Shown here: positions 51,221 through 64,000 of the stretch, one piece after another | Layout of the letters: the number at the start of each line of letters is the position of its first letter | Position numbering within the stretch: the first letter of the stretch is position 1 | DNA from: Lama guanicoe | Lineage: Eukaryota | Direction: 5' to 3' | Length of the DNA stretch: 64,000 nucleotides | Assembly: GCA_013239625.1 (NCBI GenBank) | Contig: MU053487.1 | Location: forward strand, 1,695,058 to 1,759,057 | Translations under genes and position numbers: made by a program | The notes under the pieces: model-generated | Told to the model about the DNA's origin: nothing | Databases searched by the model: none | The model's input: only the letters and a program-made list of their open reading frames with translations

Positions 51221-53646
51221 TAAGTCCCTGGAAAAAGGAAACCCAAAACACTTGAACTCTTAGCACTCCAAGTGGTAAAGTTCTCAAATATTAACTTTTT
51301 AAATATGTGAGCACTTCTAATCCTGTGGCTTTTATCACCATCGCTGGCATCCATTTTTTATTAAGAATTTCAGTAATTCATATTGCTTTACCCGACTCTA
51401 GGTGACCTGATGCTTATAAGCTGGTCAAAGCTGGTTAGATGCCAGCCAGAAAGGCTGGTTACTAAACAAGGCTGCCTGGTGACTGCTGTGCCCTCCAAGG
51501 AGGTCTGCCTCCTTTGCAAGTGTTGGGAGTTTAAGCCAAAGTTACTTTTCCTTCCTTCCTTCTTTTAACCTATGGCATCAAATCATTTACATTGTCTTTA
51601 CCTTGTCTTCTCCTTGTTCTGTTGAAGCTGCTGCTTTTTCTCAGCCCATAGAAGGAGATGGTACTGCCAGTCGGGTGAATGGCCATCTTCCAAAAGCCAA
51701 AATGAGGTCATTTTTTGGATTTTATTGGGGCACATCAGTCTGTGGGCATCCGTCCCCGCCACCAACACAGACGCCCAGGCCAGCGCTAGCTCAGTCCTCC
51801 AGCCAGAGCGAGGAGCTGCCTTCTTAGTCCAAAGTCTTCCTCACCATCCAGCCCCTCAGCCTGGACGTGGGCTGAGTCAACTGCGCATGACCTTCAACGT
51901 CTAGAGGCAGGAAGTTTTATTGTATTTACTGTCATTGCTGTTGTGATCGACTGCACTAGTGTCAAAGTCAGGCTGTAGCATCAAATCATATGCTGAAGTC
52001 CACAAACGCCTGGCATAGTTTGCACTGGGGCTGTGACTTCCGGGTCAGACCTGTCAGCCATGTAGTCTCAAAACTACTCTTAGCGTTTTCGAGTTTCCTT
52101 TTAGATCCTTTACTTTTCTCCCCATACATTATTCAGAGCCTCATCACCACTAGTTAGATGGAGCGTCCAGAATTAACCTGAAACTTCATCATTAGTAATA
52201 ATAAAGTCACAGAAAAAGCCGGGAAGACTCCCACCCGAGACCGCTGTGGCAGTCCCTGGTATGTGCACACGTGTGCTTTCAGGAGGCAGTGCTGGGTCGC
52301 GGTTAAATCTGGATCAGTCTGCCTGGTGCACGTGCCAGCCCTGTCCTTGCCTGGCTGAATGAGTCGGCTTGTGTTACCTGCCTTCTGTCTGCTGCAGTTT
52401 CCCCATCTCTATAGGCAGTCATAGTTCTTACCATTACAGCATTTACCCAGGTGCTCGCACGTCCCACGTGTTCAGTAAGTATCGCTGTCCTCTTCCTCAA
52501 AACTGACCACACTCTCCAGCAGCCCCTCTTCTCTGCAATCGCATGTGTCTTCCTCTCACTTGTTTTAAAAGGTCTCCAGTTTCATTTAAGATCATATTTT
52601 AGAATCTTCAGAACAATGTTAGCTATTCCTCATATATGTTAACCTTTAATGACACAGAATAATGCATTTTTAGTGACATAAATCAATAGTGTGGGCTAAA
52701 AGCTTGTAACATTTCTTATTCTCTGTTCTTGCAACCTATGATAATCATTCACCCCATCTGTTAGTCTGAATTCAGAGACCCAGATATTTTGCTTGGTGCA
52801 TTTTCTCTCTGATGCTCTGCTTAGTATTCAGGGCTCAGAACAGCCATGGTCACGGGTGTAGAGCTGCTTGGCTCCGGTTGCAGCAAAGGCAAGGGATGTA
52901 GCCAGTGCTTTTTGTTTTTGGTTTTTGGTTCACATTGGAGGGAGAGGGAGATGATTGGTACTGGGTTCCATCTTGGAGGCTACTGCCCACTGACCCAGTT
53001 GCCTACATGTTTGAGAAATCCGCAGTCCACAAATCTCCCCATGATTTTACTCTTCCATGTCATCTGAAGGATGCTCGATCATTATCACGAAGGCCAAGCC
53101 CTCCTTGGTCCATCTCTTGGTCATATTAATAAGATTCTGTGTGTATGTGAAACGCAGTAAGATTGTAATCACTTCCAGGAGGAATGAGCCAGTGAGCTAT
53201 TCTGTTTACGCAGAAGGGAAGAGATGGCTTCTGACCACAACCCCTCAAAATTCAGCTTTATGGATGGTGGAGAACCAGGACTTGAGAACCATCTGCCTAA
53301 CCGTAGGACTGCTCCTTAAACTGCAGGCCCCCTAGCCTCCAGCCCAGTCCTTTTATTCTCCTAACTTCAGCTCCCTGGGACATTCCCATGGCCTCAGTTA
53401 CTCAGGGAGACAGGCGGTTTCAGGCACTGGAGTTCCCAGCTTTAAGGCACCACTTATTTACCAGCTCATCACCCTGATGGCACGTGAGAAGCCAGAAAGA
53501 GAGAAGCCTCCTTATTCCTCTGTCTTCCTGAGAATTTGACACATCTGAAAAAGATGCAGCAAACACTTCAATAAAATGCGGACCCCAGATAGGGGAGGGG
53601 CATTAGTTAATGTGATCCCGCAGTGCTCACCTCAGATTCACAATGA

Positions 53647-54054
<408 letters not shown>

Positions 54055-54704
54055 TAGCAGGAGGTTTGGTGCATGAACTGTTGTGTACTGTCTTGATTCA
54101 GGAAGAGCAGACCTATAGAGAGCTGGAATCTTTATATTGATCCTGATATATGGATATAAATCCAGATGCTCCCCACAGATACCCATTTGTCTCTCTGTCC
54201 TCTCTTCCCTGACCATGGTATGTCTCGTGTATTCCCAGGAGCTATGATCAGAAACTGTGGAGTGATGAACAGGGATGTACCAAGAGAAACTTTATGTTTC
54301 TCGGACTAAATCCTTGGTTGGCTTGGTGTTTTGTGTCAAATATGTTTTTGCATCCAAGATATTTCAGGAACTTGAGACATCAGCTGCAGCACATGGCAGA
54401 TTCTTAACTCTAGAAATTGTCTTCCCACCTCAGAACCCCACTCAGCTCCCACTGGGAAGTAGGGAATAGCAGGGGCAGAGAGGGTGCAGGGAACGACTTC
54501 TTATGGATGTTAGGGATTTCAGGATTAGGCTGGTTTGGGCAGGGTTTGGAGAACTGGTAACTCCATGATGATGGTTTCCTCCATGAGGAGTGGCCGTTGT
54601 TTTCCTTATTTGTAAGTTTCTCTAGTGGTGAGCCAGCTTCCGCACTGAGTCAGAGGACCCAGAGCATGGAGCAAACAGACTGATGCACACCTGCTTCATG
54701 GGGA

Positions 54705-54921
54705 AACTTCTCAAGCAGAGGCGATTCTGCCCACACCCCCAAGGCCGCCTGGCAATATCTGCAGATGTTTTGATCATCATGACCTAGTAGGGAGGGGGCT
54801 GTCACTGGTCTATGGAGGTAGAGGCCAGAGAGGCTACTAAACATCTTAAAATGCACAGGACAGCCTGTCACAGCAGAGCATCCAGCCCGTGACGTCAGCA
54901 GTGCCGGGCTGGGAACGCCGG
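54705..54921 (+). mobile_element. MER20 hAT-Charlie DNA transposon
   Basis: Near full-length resemblance to the MER20 consensus: ttctcaa..ggcgattctgccc..tggcaatatctgcagatgttttt..gtagaggccagagaggctactaaacatcttaaaatgcacaggacagcc..gtcagcagtgccg. Confidence 0.85.
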
Positions 54922-57900
54922 GTTAGAAGGTGACATTGACCAGCCACTTCTCTACACACCTTTCTAAGTGACTGAAGCCAAAAATGAGTTTTCTCAAAAT
55001 ATTTCTGAGGTTTGGTTTAGATTGTTCCAAAGTGTTTCCTTGCTTAGCTAAACTTAAACATGCGAAACTGGATGAGAATCTTGTAAAAGTGATCTGACCT
55101 GTCTTTCGCGTAGCCAGGGCTCCCTAGTAATTAGGAAAATCAGAGACGCGTGAGGATGGTAGGCAAATAGTTACTTGACTAATTGCCACAATTTCATGAA
55201 AACATCAGGCACATTCTCAAGTCACAGTATTTGATTGAGATGTTTTGAAAATGCCAGAAGCTTGAGGGAAAAGAAGGCGTAATTATTTTATTGAAAACCA
55301 TTTGAAAGCTCTCAGATATTTCTAAGGAGAATATTAGACCGCTTTTATTTTTATTTGGGTCATTGTAAGCACCATAAAGGAGACTAAAAGAAAACTAAGA
55401 TCCTGTTCATTACCTCTGGGCGCCAATCAAAGTATGATCTGACTCTGTTGGCTTGAATTCCTTCACTTATAATTGAGACTGGCTTGTAGACAGCAGGACA
55501 TGCTAAGCATTAGTTTGGAGTGGTGTGTTTTACGCAGAATTGCAAAGAGTGTTTCAAAACAGCTCAAGAGTATTTTTTAGGCTAGAAGGCAGGGATGTGA
55601 TTTGTAATGACTGCGTGGATATGCATGTGTATGTGTATATTATCTGTAGTCTTGTTTACAGAAAAAGAAAGAAAGCGCTTCCTCATGCCAAGTCTCAATT
55701 CTTATTCACTGGACTGAGTAATTTAGAGCTGTAGCAAAATAGCTCCTTTGCAAAAGGATCCTAACTAAGGAAGAGCATCTAATAATACTGGTGAACAGCA
55801 TCTCCAGATACATGTCTCTAATTTGGCAAATGCTAGACATTAAACTCTCCCTAGACCAGGAGGACAGTGTAGTCACACATTGTGCACCATGATTGACTGG
55901 TGGGATGTAAGGTGCATCATGGTGTTTCCTCTCTTCCAGAATGTGTTTATTTTTGTAACCTGGAAATGTGCACATGTATGGATGTACCTGTGTACACACA
56001 TATCACATATTACATACATACCTGTGTATGTGTGTGTATGTGTGCATGTCTGTCTGTCCAGCTGTCTAATCTCTCATATGACTCTTGAAACCAGAAATTT
56101 GCCTCCTTTGGGTTGGAGCTCATCTTTCTCAGGCGTTGCTGTGCAGCCCTGGAATCCACACCTCTCACGCTTTCCTAAATACCCTTCTGCCAAATACGTG
56201 GTGGCGATGCTTCGGTATTAGACTCCAAGAGTATAAGACTACTTTGCTTCTTATGTGAATTGCCCTTGGAGCCATGTCCTTGTTAGCAGCACACCTGTGA
56301 GTTCCTTGTGGGGATGGGTCATTCTAGGCTCTAGTTTTTGCTTCCCTAGAGTGGACCTCGAAGTAGCCTTAGGCACTGTGCTCTGACACAGGTCCTCAGT
56401 AATTACATAGTACTGAAACACTGTCTCCTATTCACCATGTATGTTGCTCTGGGTAGTAGAACAGTTCTTCATCTAGTGTCATATACTTGAGAATGTGGCT
56501 CATGTGTAAAACTGTGATCGATAAGATATCTGTCTTAAGCAGATTAAGACAAGCGATGATTTGAAATACTAAGGTGCCTGCCAGTCGTTTGTCTCCTAAA
56601 TGAAACAAAAGTGAAACTCCTTTGTCAGCACGATTGCCCGGGCTCTCACTGGGCACTGACTCTGGCACACTGGAACCAACCCCACTCACATACCCACACA
56701 CCGTCTTGCAGTTCCCCCGGGAGACCACACTTTTATACTCAGCTCCCGCGGGTCCACTTCTAGCTCAGGACCTGCATCTGGCTGTTCTTTCTTGGCTCTC
56801 CAGGCACCTGGGTGAGGGAGTCGCTGCAGAGGCTCTTTCTCGGCGTTATCCCTGGACCACATCTTCATCCTTGCAGCCAAGCTTGGCTGTGACTCTTGAG
56901 CTTGATCTTCCTCCAGCTGTCTTGGACTCAGCCTCCTTTTGGAAATTTTTAGCTGAAAGCTCGTCTTTGGCTATTTTCTTGTAACTCAGTGCTGTCCCGA
57001 GACGCCAACAGGCATCAGCACCCCTCAGGCGCTCGCCAGTGCCCCTCTGTGTTGTTTTGCCATTTTGCTTTGCCTTCCTCTGCTCCAAGTTCATGAGCAT
57101 GAGATGCAGGAACACGCCATCGGCAGGGACTTGACCCGGGGCCACCCTTCAGGGCTGCTCTCTTTCTGATACTCTTGATGGGCTTCCTTAACACTCTACT
57201 TTTTGCTTTTCACAGGACTTCTAGAATCAGTCTATCCTAACTGCTTCCACCTTTTGCTTAAATGCACCATGAAGTTTTTGTGTGCTGTCTATAAACATAT
57301 CTTTTCAAGACCTGAATTAATCTTTGCTTATCCATAATCATCAGTTTTCTTCTAATTGGATTGCTCGCCTTCCAAGGATGAGGAAAGGAGAATACTTCTC
57401 TCATCATCCCCTCTCTTTTTAAATAAATGCCCTTCTGCCAGGTACATGGGAGCCATGCTTTGATATTGGAAACCAAGAGCATGTGATCACTTTGCATCTA
57501 GTATGAACTGCCTTGGGTTCATTTCCTTGTTTCCATCACCTTTATAAGCTCTTTGGGAGAAGAGGTCATACTTGAGGTTTTTTGTTTCTCTTTTGCATCC
57601 CTGGAATGGGTAACAGAGTCTTAGTCACTGAGCAGGGCTCCTTCAGTGCAGATTAGTAACATAATATCTGCTGCACGTTACACACGTCGCTGTGGATAAT
57701 GGAGACATTTTTCACTTACTGTCGCATATTTGAGAGGAACAAGCAGTCTGCATGCAGTCCTTTTCTCTGCCCTGGCTCCGCTCTCGGCCCCCTGGCTTAG
57801 CTCTGTCACCGCCCTCTCCCAGCCTGTGCCAGCACCCATGCGGGGCTCACTTCTGCCCTTCTGACTTGAAAACCTCTGCTAAGTCCAAGAGTCCTAGAGC

Positions 57901-58964
57901 CAGCGAGCCTTTCTCATTTGGTTTCCAGCCGCTGTCATTCAGATTAATTGCCTGTGTTCAGTCATAATTGCATCTGGATTGGTAGACGAGGTAGAACACA
58001 AAAGAGGCGATCATTGCCTGACTTGAAAACCAATAGTCTCCTGTCCTGGCCCTCTTAGGAAATTGTTTTGTTTTGTTTTGTTTTCCCCCTCTTCCCTGGC
58101 ATCCATCTGATTTCTTTCATTTTCTCCACTTCTCCCCACTGTGCATTGGTGAGCATAAAACCAACCTTTTATACTCTCTTCTCTTTCCAGAAGAACCTAC
58201 CACCTGTCTTTACCCCTGGTGCATCCTTAGTACTTTTCACATGCTGTTATGCAGACACATTTCTTTCTTCTGATCCATGGCACATTAATAATATTTTAAA
58301 TGGAGGAGCTGAGACTTCTCAAAAATGACATCGGAATATTTTGCAGTTATGTTTTCACCATAAGAGTGATCAGTTTTTCACCCCTCCCCCTAGTTCTCAC
58401 TGGGGTAAATCAAAAGTCATAGAAGATTCTTTTCTTTTCTTTTCCATCTCTGTGTGTGTGTCTGTAAGCACAGAGTGAGACTGATTTTGAAATTATTTCA
58501 TATGAGGTTGCTGTGGTAATTTTTTTAAATGTTAGGTTTAAATTTTCCTCTTACCTTTATAAGATATGGAAAAGGAGAGGGGAACAAAGACTGAAAACAC
58601 CGAATGGGCTAATAGATTTTTGAAACCTGAGCTATTTTTTCATGCTTTCCCAAATTGCTGGGGTTTGCAGGGGAAAAAAATGAGTTGCATATTTTAAATT
58701 CAAAAGTTACTTTTGCAAAAAGAAAAATAATTTAAAACAATAAAACGTAGCTACAATTCAATGACAGTGATAGGAAAACAAATGCCTATGAAAAACATTT
58801 TTTTTTAAAACCTTCTAAATTTAGCCATCGTTCTGTGATGATAATTTGGGCACATTGGCTTTTCCATCACAGCACATCGTGATTGGTTGTAAAACTGCTG
58901 TTAGGACTTCCTTGCTTCTGGCAGGTATGTTCATGCACATGCAACACCTGCGGTTTCTTGTTGC

Positions 58965-58966
<2 letters not shown>

Positions 58967-59001
<35 letters not shown>
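58967..59001. repeat. (AC)17 microsatellite
   Basis: Read directly. Confidence 0.95.
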
Positions 59002-59004
<3 letters not shown>

Positions 59005-59443
59005 CATAAATATATGGGCTGAGAATTGGGGGAATGCTAAGCATTCATACCAGTTCCTCACTGAGCTGAAAACAAGTCCGTTGCTCATTACATGTGAGCG
59101 TTTTCCTGGCAGCCTCCGCATGCGCCTCCCGGGCCCATCCCGGTTTACTTCCGGAATGTACTTTATAGAGTACAGAGGTGAAGTGCGCACACAGGGCGCG
59201 TGGCCTTGGTAAACACTTATGTGTGTGACACCCATGTAAGCGCCACCGAAATGAGACCCAGATCCTGTCTGTTCTCCCAGTAGGTTCCCTTGTGCCTCAC
59301 CCGAGGTACCAGTCTTCTGACGTCCACTGCCCTTGGGAAGTTTCGCCTGACCTTGAATGGAGCAGAAATGGCATCATGAGGTAGCTAGACTTTGGGGACT
59401 GGTTGCTCTCTCTGAGCACACATTCGCTGATTGACTCGGTTCC

Positions 59444-59586
59444 TTAATTTTTTTTAATTTCATTTTTGGTTGAGGGGGCAGGTAATTAGGTTTGTTTGTT
59501 TTCTGGAGGAGGTACTGGGGATTGAACCTAGGACCTCGCGCCTGCTATGTGTGCGCTCTACCACTTGAGCTACACCCTTCCCCCTT
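59444..59586 (-). mobile_element. tRNA-derived SINE (vic-1-like) with 18-bp TSD
   Basis: ggtactggggattgaacctaggacc...gctctaccacttgagctacacc. TSD gctgattgactc(g/a)gttcc at 59426-59443 and 59587-59604. Confidence 0.9.
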
Positions 59587-61235
59587 GCTGATTGACTCAG
59601 TTCCCATTTCCGTAACAGTCTGTTTTTGTGGTTGAATACCAGACTTTTTCTTTTTTTCACTAGAATATTGTTTGCTTTGGGTCAGTTTCTCTGTTTTCCC
59701 TCTCCGTCTGTTCCTGTCCGTTGCTAGTTTTCCTCACACACCTGGGGATCCGGGGTCGTCCTCCATGTGGATTATTACGGAGCGAGGCTGACTGCCCAGC
59801 CGTCACGTGCGCGTGCGCTTCCCCTGGGTGAGGGGCTTCACACGGCCCTGCAGACCGGAACGTGCAAGGAGAGGCTTTAGAAGTCAGGGCTTGGGAGGAA
59901 CCCAGCAAGCTACCAGAGGAGGAAGACACCCCCCCACTTTCGGGGAGTCCTGCTCCTGCCAGGCCTGTGCCCAGGTTCCTGGAGACTCTTCCATGCCTTC
60001 AGCTTAGGAACCAGCGTTCCTACCACGCCCCTTCCCAGTGGGCTGTGGGGTTATGGAAAAGGGAGGAAAGGACTCATAAACAGTCCACAAGCCCTTTGCC
60101 CATCTTCCCCTCCGTGTTCTGGTTCTTCCTTTTCTACCAACCCTGGGGGTGATTCCACCTTAAAACGCAGCATCGACCTCTCTTGACTTCTCATATGTTG
60201 GTTGATAAATTTTCAGTGATGGTTGGATTTTGTTGGTGGTACCGTGTTGTACCAGGTACTTACTATGCAGACTTGCATAATTCACTTAAGGTGTTTGGTG
60301 TTCCGGGAGGTGAAGGGACCAGGATCATTTCGTAGCTGTCTGTCTCACTGTTTAGCACACTTCTGAGCAAGTCGCTTGGGCTCTCTGAGCCCTGTCTTGT
60401 CTCTAACGTGGACCGAGATTGCGTATCTGTGGGGCTCTCGGAAGAGCAGCCACAGGTGTCAGGTGCCTGTCACCACGCCCGTCATACTGGAAGCCTGTTC
60501 TCCCTTACCTGCCTTTCCCTCCTCTTCTCCTCTCTTTCATTTGCTGCCTTTTACCCTCCTTCTTTCAGCTTCTTATTCCTGTAACTTTTCCTGGTGGTCC
60601 TTTGTTTCCTCTTCTGAAATATGGGGAGATGGTACCTTCCTCCCTCACGATGGCTGAGGGGGTTCCCGTGATACCATTTGGTAAATCAGGAAACACTCCT
60701 GCAATGGTAGGACCTGTAAGAGTGAACCATGCCATGACTTCAGGAGGCAAGATGAGGTCTCGTTGCTTGGCCATGATGAGATGGTTCTGTGCCAGGCTTG
60801 GTAGGCGTCACCTTCAGAATCTCAGCCGCCTCCCCTGGGTACCCCTGCTTGTCTGTTTGGAGAAGTGTGTGGGTAGATGTGGTCTAATTTTGCTGTGTAT
60901 GTATCTGTGGAACTGATCATGACTCTGAGTGGGTGACAAGGCCAGTGGAAGCAAAACAGATGCATTGGTATATAGTGAGTAAGTGAATGTGGCTGGAATC
61001 ATGTAAATGGAAAACAGCCCTTACCTCTCAGTGGACGCTATGCCACTGAGGCTGTGAGGTTCCGGACAGCCAAACACACGGCTCGGTGAAGGTGGCTTCT
61101 CCACAGGCCTACTTTACTGCTGGCCACTGGACGTGGATCCACTTAGCTTTAGCAGATCGCCCTGAAGCTGGTGGGCTTACTTGCTGCTTCATCAATTGCA
61201 GTGGGCTTACATGGGTATCTCGCCTAACTAGCTGA

Positions 61236-61736
<501 letters not shown>

Positions 61737-62493
61737 TAAGTGCCCCATCCAGTGAATTGCATGGCGAGGCAGGGTCCTGGGGACAGTGAATGACACATTT
61801 TTTCCTTAGATCTGTAAAGATCTTTTGTGTATGTGTCAAGGAGCCTGTCTTAGGGACCGAAGTCAGTCCCATCCAGGCCATTGTTACCACCTCACTCACC
61901 CATTCCCATCGCAGACCAGCACTCGTGTCTGCAAAGAGCCAGTGTTGGTGCTTCAACAATGGGAAGACTAGAAACCAGCTAGCTCCGAGGTGGCCTGGCT
62001 GTTCTTTCAGCAGTTAGAGAGACACAGAGCTGTCCTTTTCTAGGGTGACACGTGGGAATGTCCCCAGAAATCTGAAGTGTTCAAGGTAGGTTGCCAGGGT
62101 GGACCTAATTTTTTGTTTTTGTTTTTTTATTACTTCTTAGTCCTTGGACAATACTTTTAGACCCAGGAGATCTAACTAACAACAAAACATGAAAAGTATC
62201 ATGATAACTTCTCTTTTTATTGATTGCAAGATTCTTTAAAGTTGATAGTGTGTTAGAATGTTTGCAAGTTTCAGCATATGATTTCATATCTGGGCCACAA
62301 GCCTCCCTCAGGCTGGCTGGTGCCAGTCTGCCTGGCTTTGGCTTCCCATTGGTGGCTGGTTCTCCACTCCAGAGGGCTTTGAGGCAGGAGGACCTGTGAA
62401 GGGTGGTGGTATGTTTCAGATGCCATTGCCTTCCTGTGGGATTCCACTGCTTCCCTGTTACCTGATCAGTTGTTTTCCCTCCTGTCTGTCCAG

Positions 62494-62589
62494 GGGCTGC
62501 AGGCTTCCCCGCAGTCAGTGCCGTTTCCAGCTGTCTCTTTCCCTCCCCAGCACCTCCTGCCCGTGTCTCCGACGCCGCAGTTCCCCATG
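62494..62589 (+). CDS. ARPP21: ARPP21 cassette coding exon 15: GLQASPQSVPFPAVSFPPQHLLPVSPTPQFPM (5' boundary uncertain)
   Basis: Translation resembles the human alternative segment SVQGLQASSQSVQYPAVSFPPQHLLPVSPTQHFPM as recalled. Donor ATG|gtactg. The first AG after the pyrimidine tract is at 62492-62493. 96 nt, phase 0. Confidence 0.8.
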
Positions 62590-63506
62590 GTACTGTACCA
62601 AGTGTGAATGGCTCTTCTCCTGGTTTTACTAGCTTCCTGTGCAGGGCTGGCTGATGCCTGGTGGCTGCACTGGGCTGACTGTGACAGGGGAGGTGGTGTG
62701 TGAATGTCTTATCCCAGAGCATTGCAACCCCTCTCCAAAATAATGGTTTCCATTTGGTCATCTGTCCGTGTTCAGTGCGTCCGCAACCTGGTACCCTTTT
62801 AATAGGGTATGAGTTAAGCAGGAATTGTACGTCCGCAGAGGGAGAAGTCAGGAGGACAGAGACACATGAACTTGGTGTGAGGCTTTGGGAAATACCTTAA
62901 AGTCAGTGTCCACATGGTGACCATCATCACCCTATGCTCCTAAGACACAGATGTTCCTCTAGCTTCCTGATCCTCCCATCCCCTCTCATTTCCCCTCCAG
63001 GTACTGGGTCCTTTTGGACCACAAAAGAGAACATTTAATTTCAGGCCAAGCCAGTGAATAAATATTCCCTAATATGCGAATGAAATCCCACCTGGCCTGT
63101 TGGCACCAGTCTTGGCTCCATTTTTGAGGCAGTCACAGGTGGTACAAGTCCTCCCGCCTCCTCCAGTGGGCAAGTCCCAGGGTTACCGCTGGGAAGAACC
63201 CCAAGTCCTCCTCGCCTCCATGTCATCCTAAGGATCCCCGGCCCCGGGTGAAACACAACAACTCGTGTCTATTGAAAGAGGGAGATGTGGGTCATGATGT
63301 CAGCCGTCTCCGATCCCCGGGGTGATTAAAATCCATTGTCTCCTGTTATGTTCTCTTGTGGTGCTGGATGGAGAATGCTTTTGTTTTGCTTTTTCCAAAT
63401 TGTACTCCCTTCCCATCCCCCAAGGACGAGTATGTGTCCTGTGTCTGCCACTCCCATTCCTCAGCCTATCTCGCTGATGTCCTGGTTTCTTTCTGTGGCT
63501 TTGCAG

Positions 63507-63767
63507 AGGGACGATGTGGCCACGCAGTTTGGCCAGATGACCCTGAGCCGGCAGTCCTCTGGAGAGACTCCCGAGCCCCCGGCTGGTCCTGTCTACCCGC
63601 CGTCCCTCATGCCACAGCCCACCCAACAGCCAGCCTATGTCATCGCCTCAACAGGCCAGCAGCTCCCGACAGGGGGCTTCTCAGGCTCCGGACCGCCCAT
63701 CTCCCAGCAAGTGCTCCAGCCCCCTCCCTCGCCACAGGGCTTCGTGCAGCAGCCTCCACCTGCACAG
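63507..63767 (+). CDS. ARPP21: ARPP21 coding exon 16: RDDVATQFGQMTLSRQSSGETPEPP...QGFVQQPPPAQ
   Basis: ctttgcag acceptor, CAG|gtgagt donor, 261 nt, phase 0/0. Confidence 0.96.
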
Positions 63768-64000
63768 GTGAGTGCTGCTTCTCACGCCCGGGACCCACAG
63801 CTCATTTGTGGTGCACGTTCCCCTCTCTTTCCACATGGAATTATCACCAGACCAAGCCGTCTTGCCCTTCTGGTCTAGATGGATACCCCCAACCTACAGG
63901 ACCCAGTCTGTCCTTTTCAACAGTTGTGCAAAGTCTTGGGTCTCAGAAAGTAAGTTTAATGAAACAGAGCCAAGTGGCCATGGTACCCGGGGAAATGTGC

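Noticed and set aside
62105..62761. 218-aa minus-strand ORF
   Set aside because: Antisense shadow over the GC-rich cassette exon with no family resemblance.
63768..64000. miR-128-2 hairpin expected in an ARPP21 intron
   Set aside because: I did not find the mature sequence TCACAGTGAACCGGTCTCTTT when reading the window. It is expected further downstream, so it is not annotated.

Overview
Mammalian genomic DNA, probably camelid: five tRNA-derived vic-1-like SINEs are present and the N-terminus reads SEPGDLSQ, as I recall it in artiodactyls. The window holds most of the ARPP21 gene on the + strand. I traced 15 frame-consistent GT-AG coding exons of the long R3H/SUZ RNA-binding isoform (TARPP) from ATG 9649 to 63767, a further cassette exon at about 62494-62589, and the alternative terminal exon (12075 to about 13910) that gives the 89-aa short ARPP-21/RCS protein. 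The gene continues past the window end, and the intronic miR-128-2 hairpin is not visible here. The rest is intron with SINE, LINE, LTR and hAT relics and microsatellites. I see no wholly new biological system. The best leads are isoform-level: (1) the expected acceptor AG of the cassette exon carrying the human ALS-linked proline reads TG; (2) a candidate internal promoter and ATG-ending first exon in intron 8; (3) a candidate alternative last exon with overlapping stop and AATAAA at 63001; (4) a candidate 27-nt microexon; (5) an RBFOX/NOVA motif cluster at the short/long isoform switch; (6) a perfect heat-shock element. Exons are numbered by coding order in this window. Comparisons with human or bovine sequence are from memory and need alignment.
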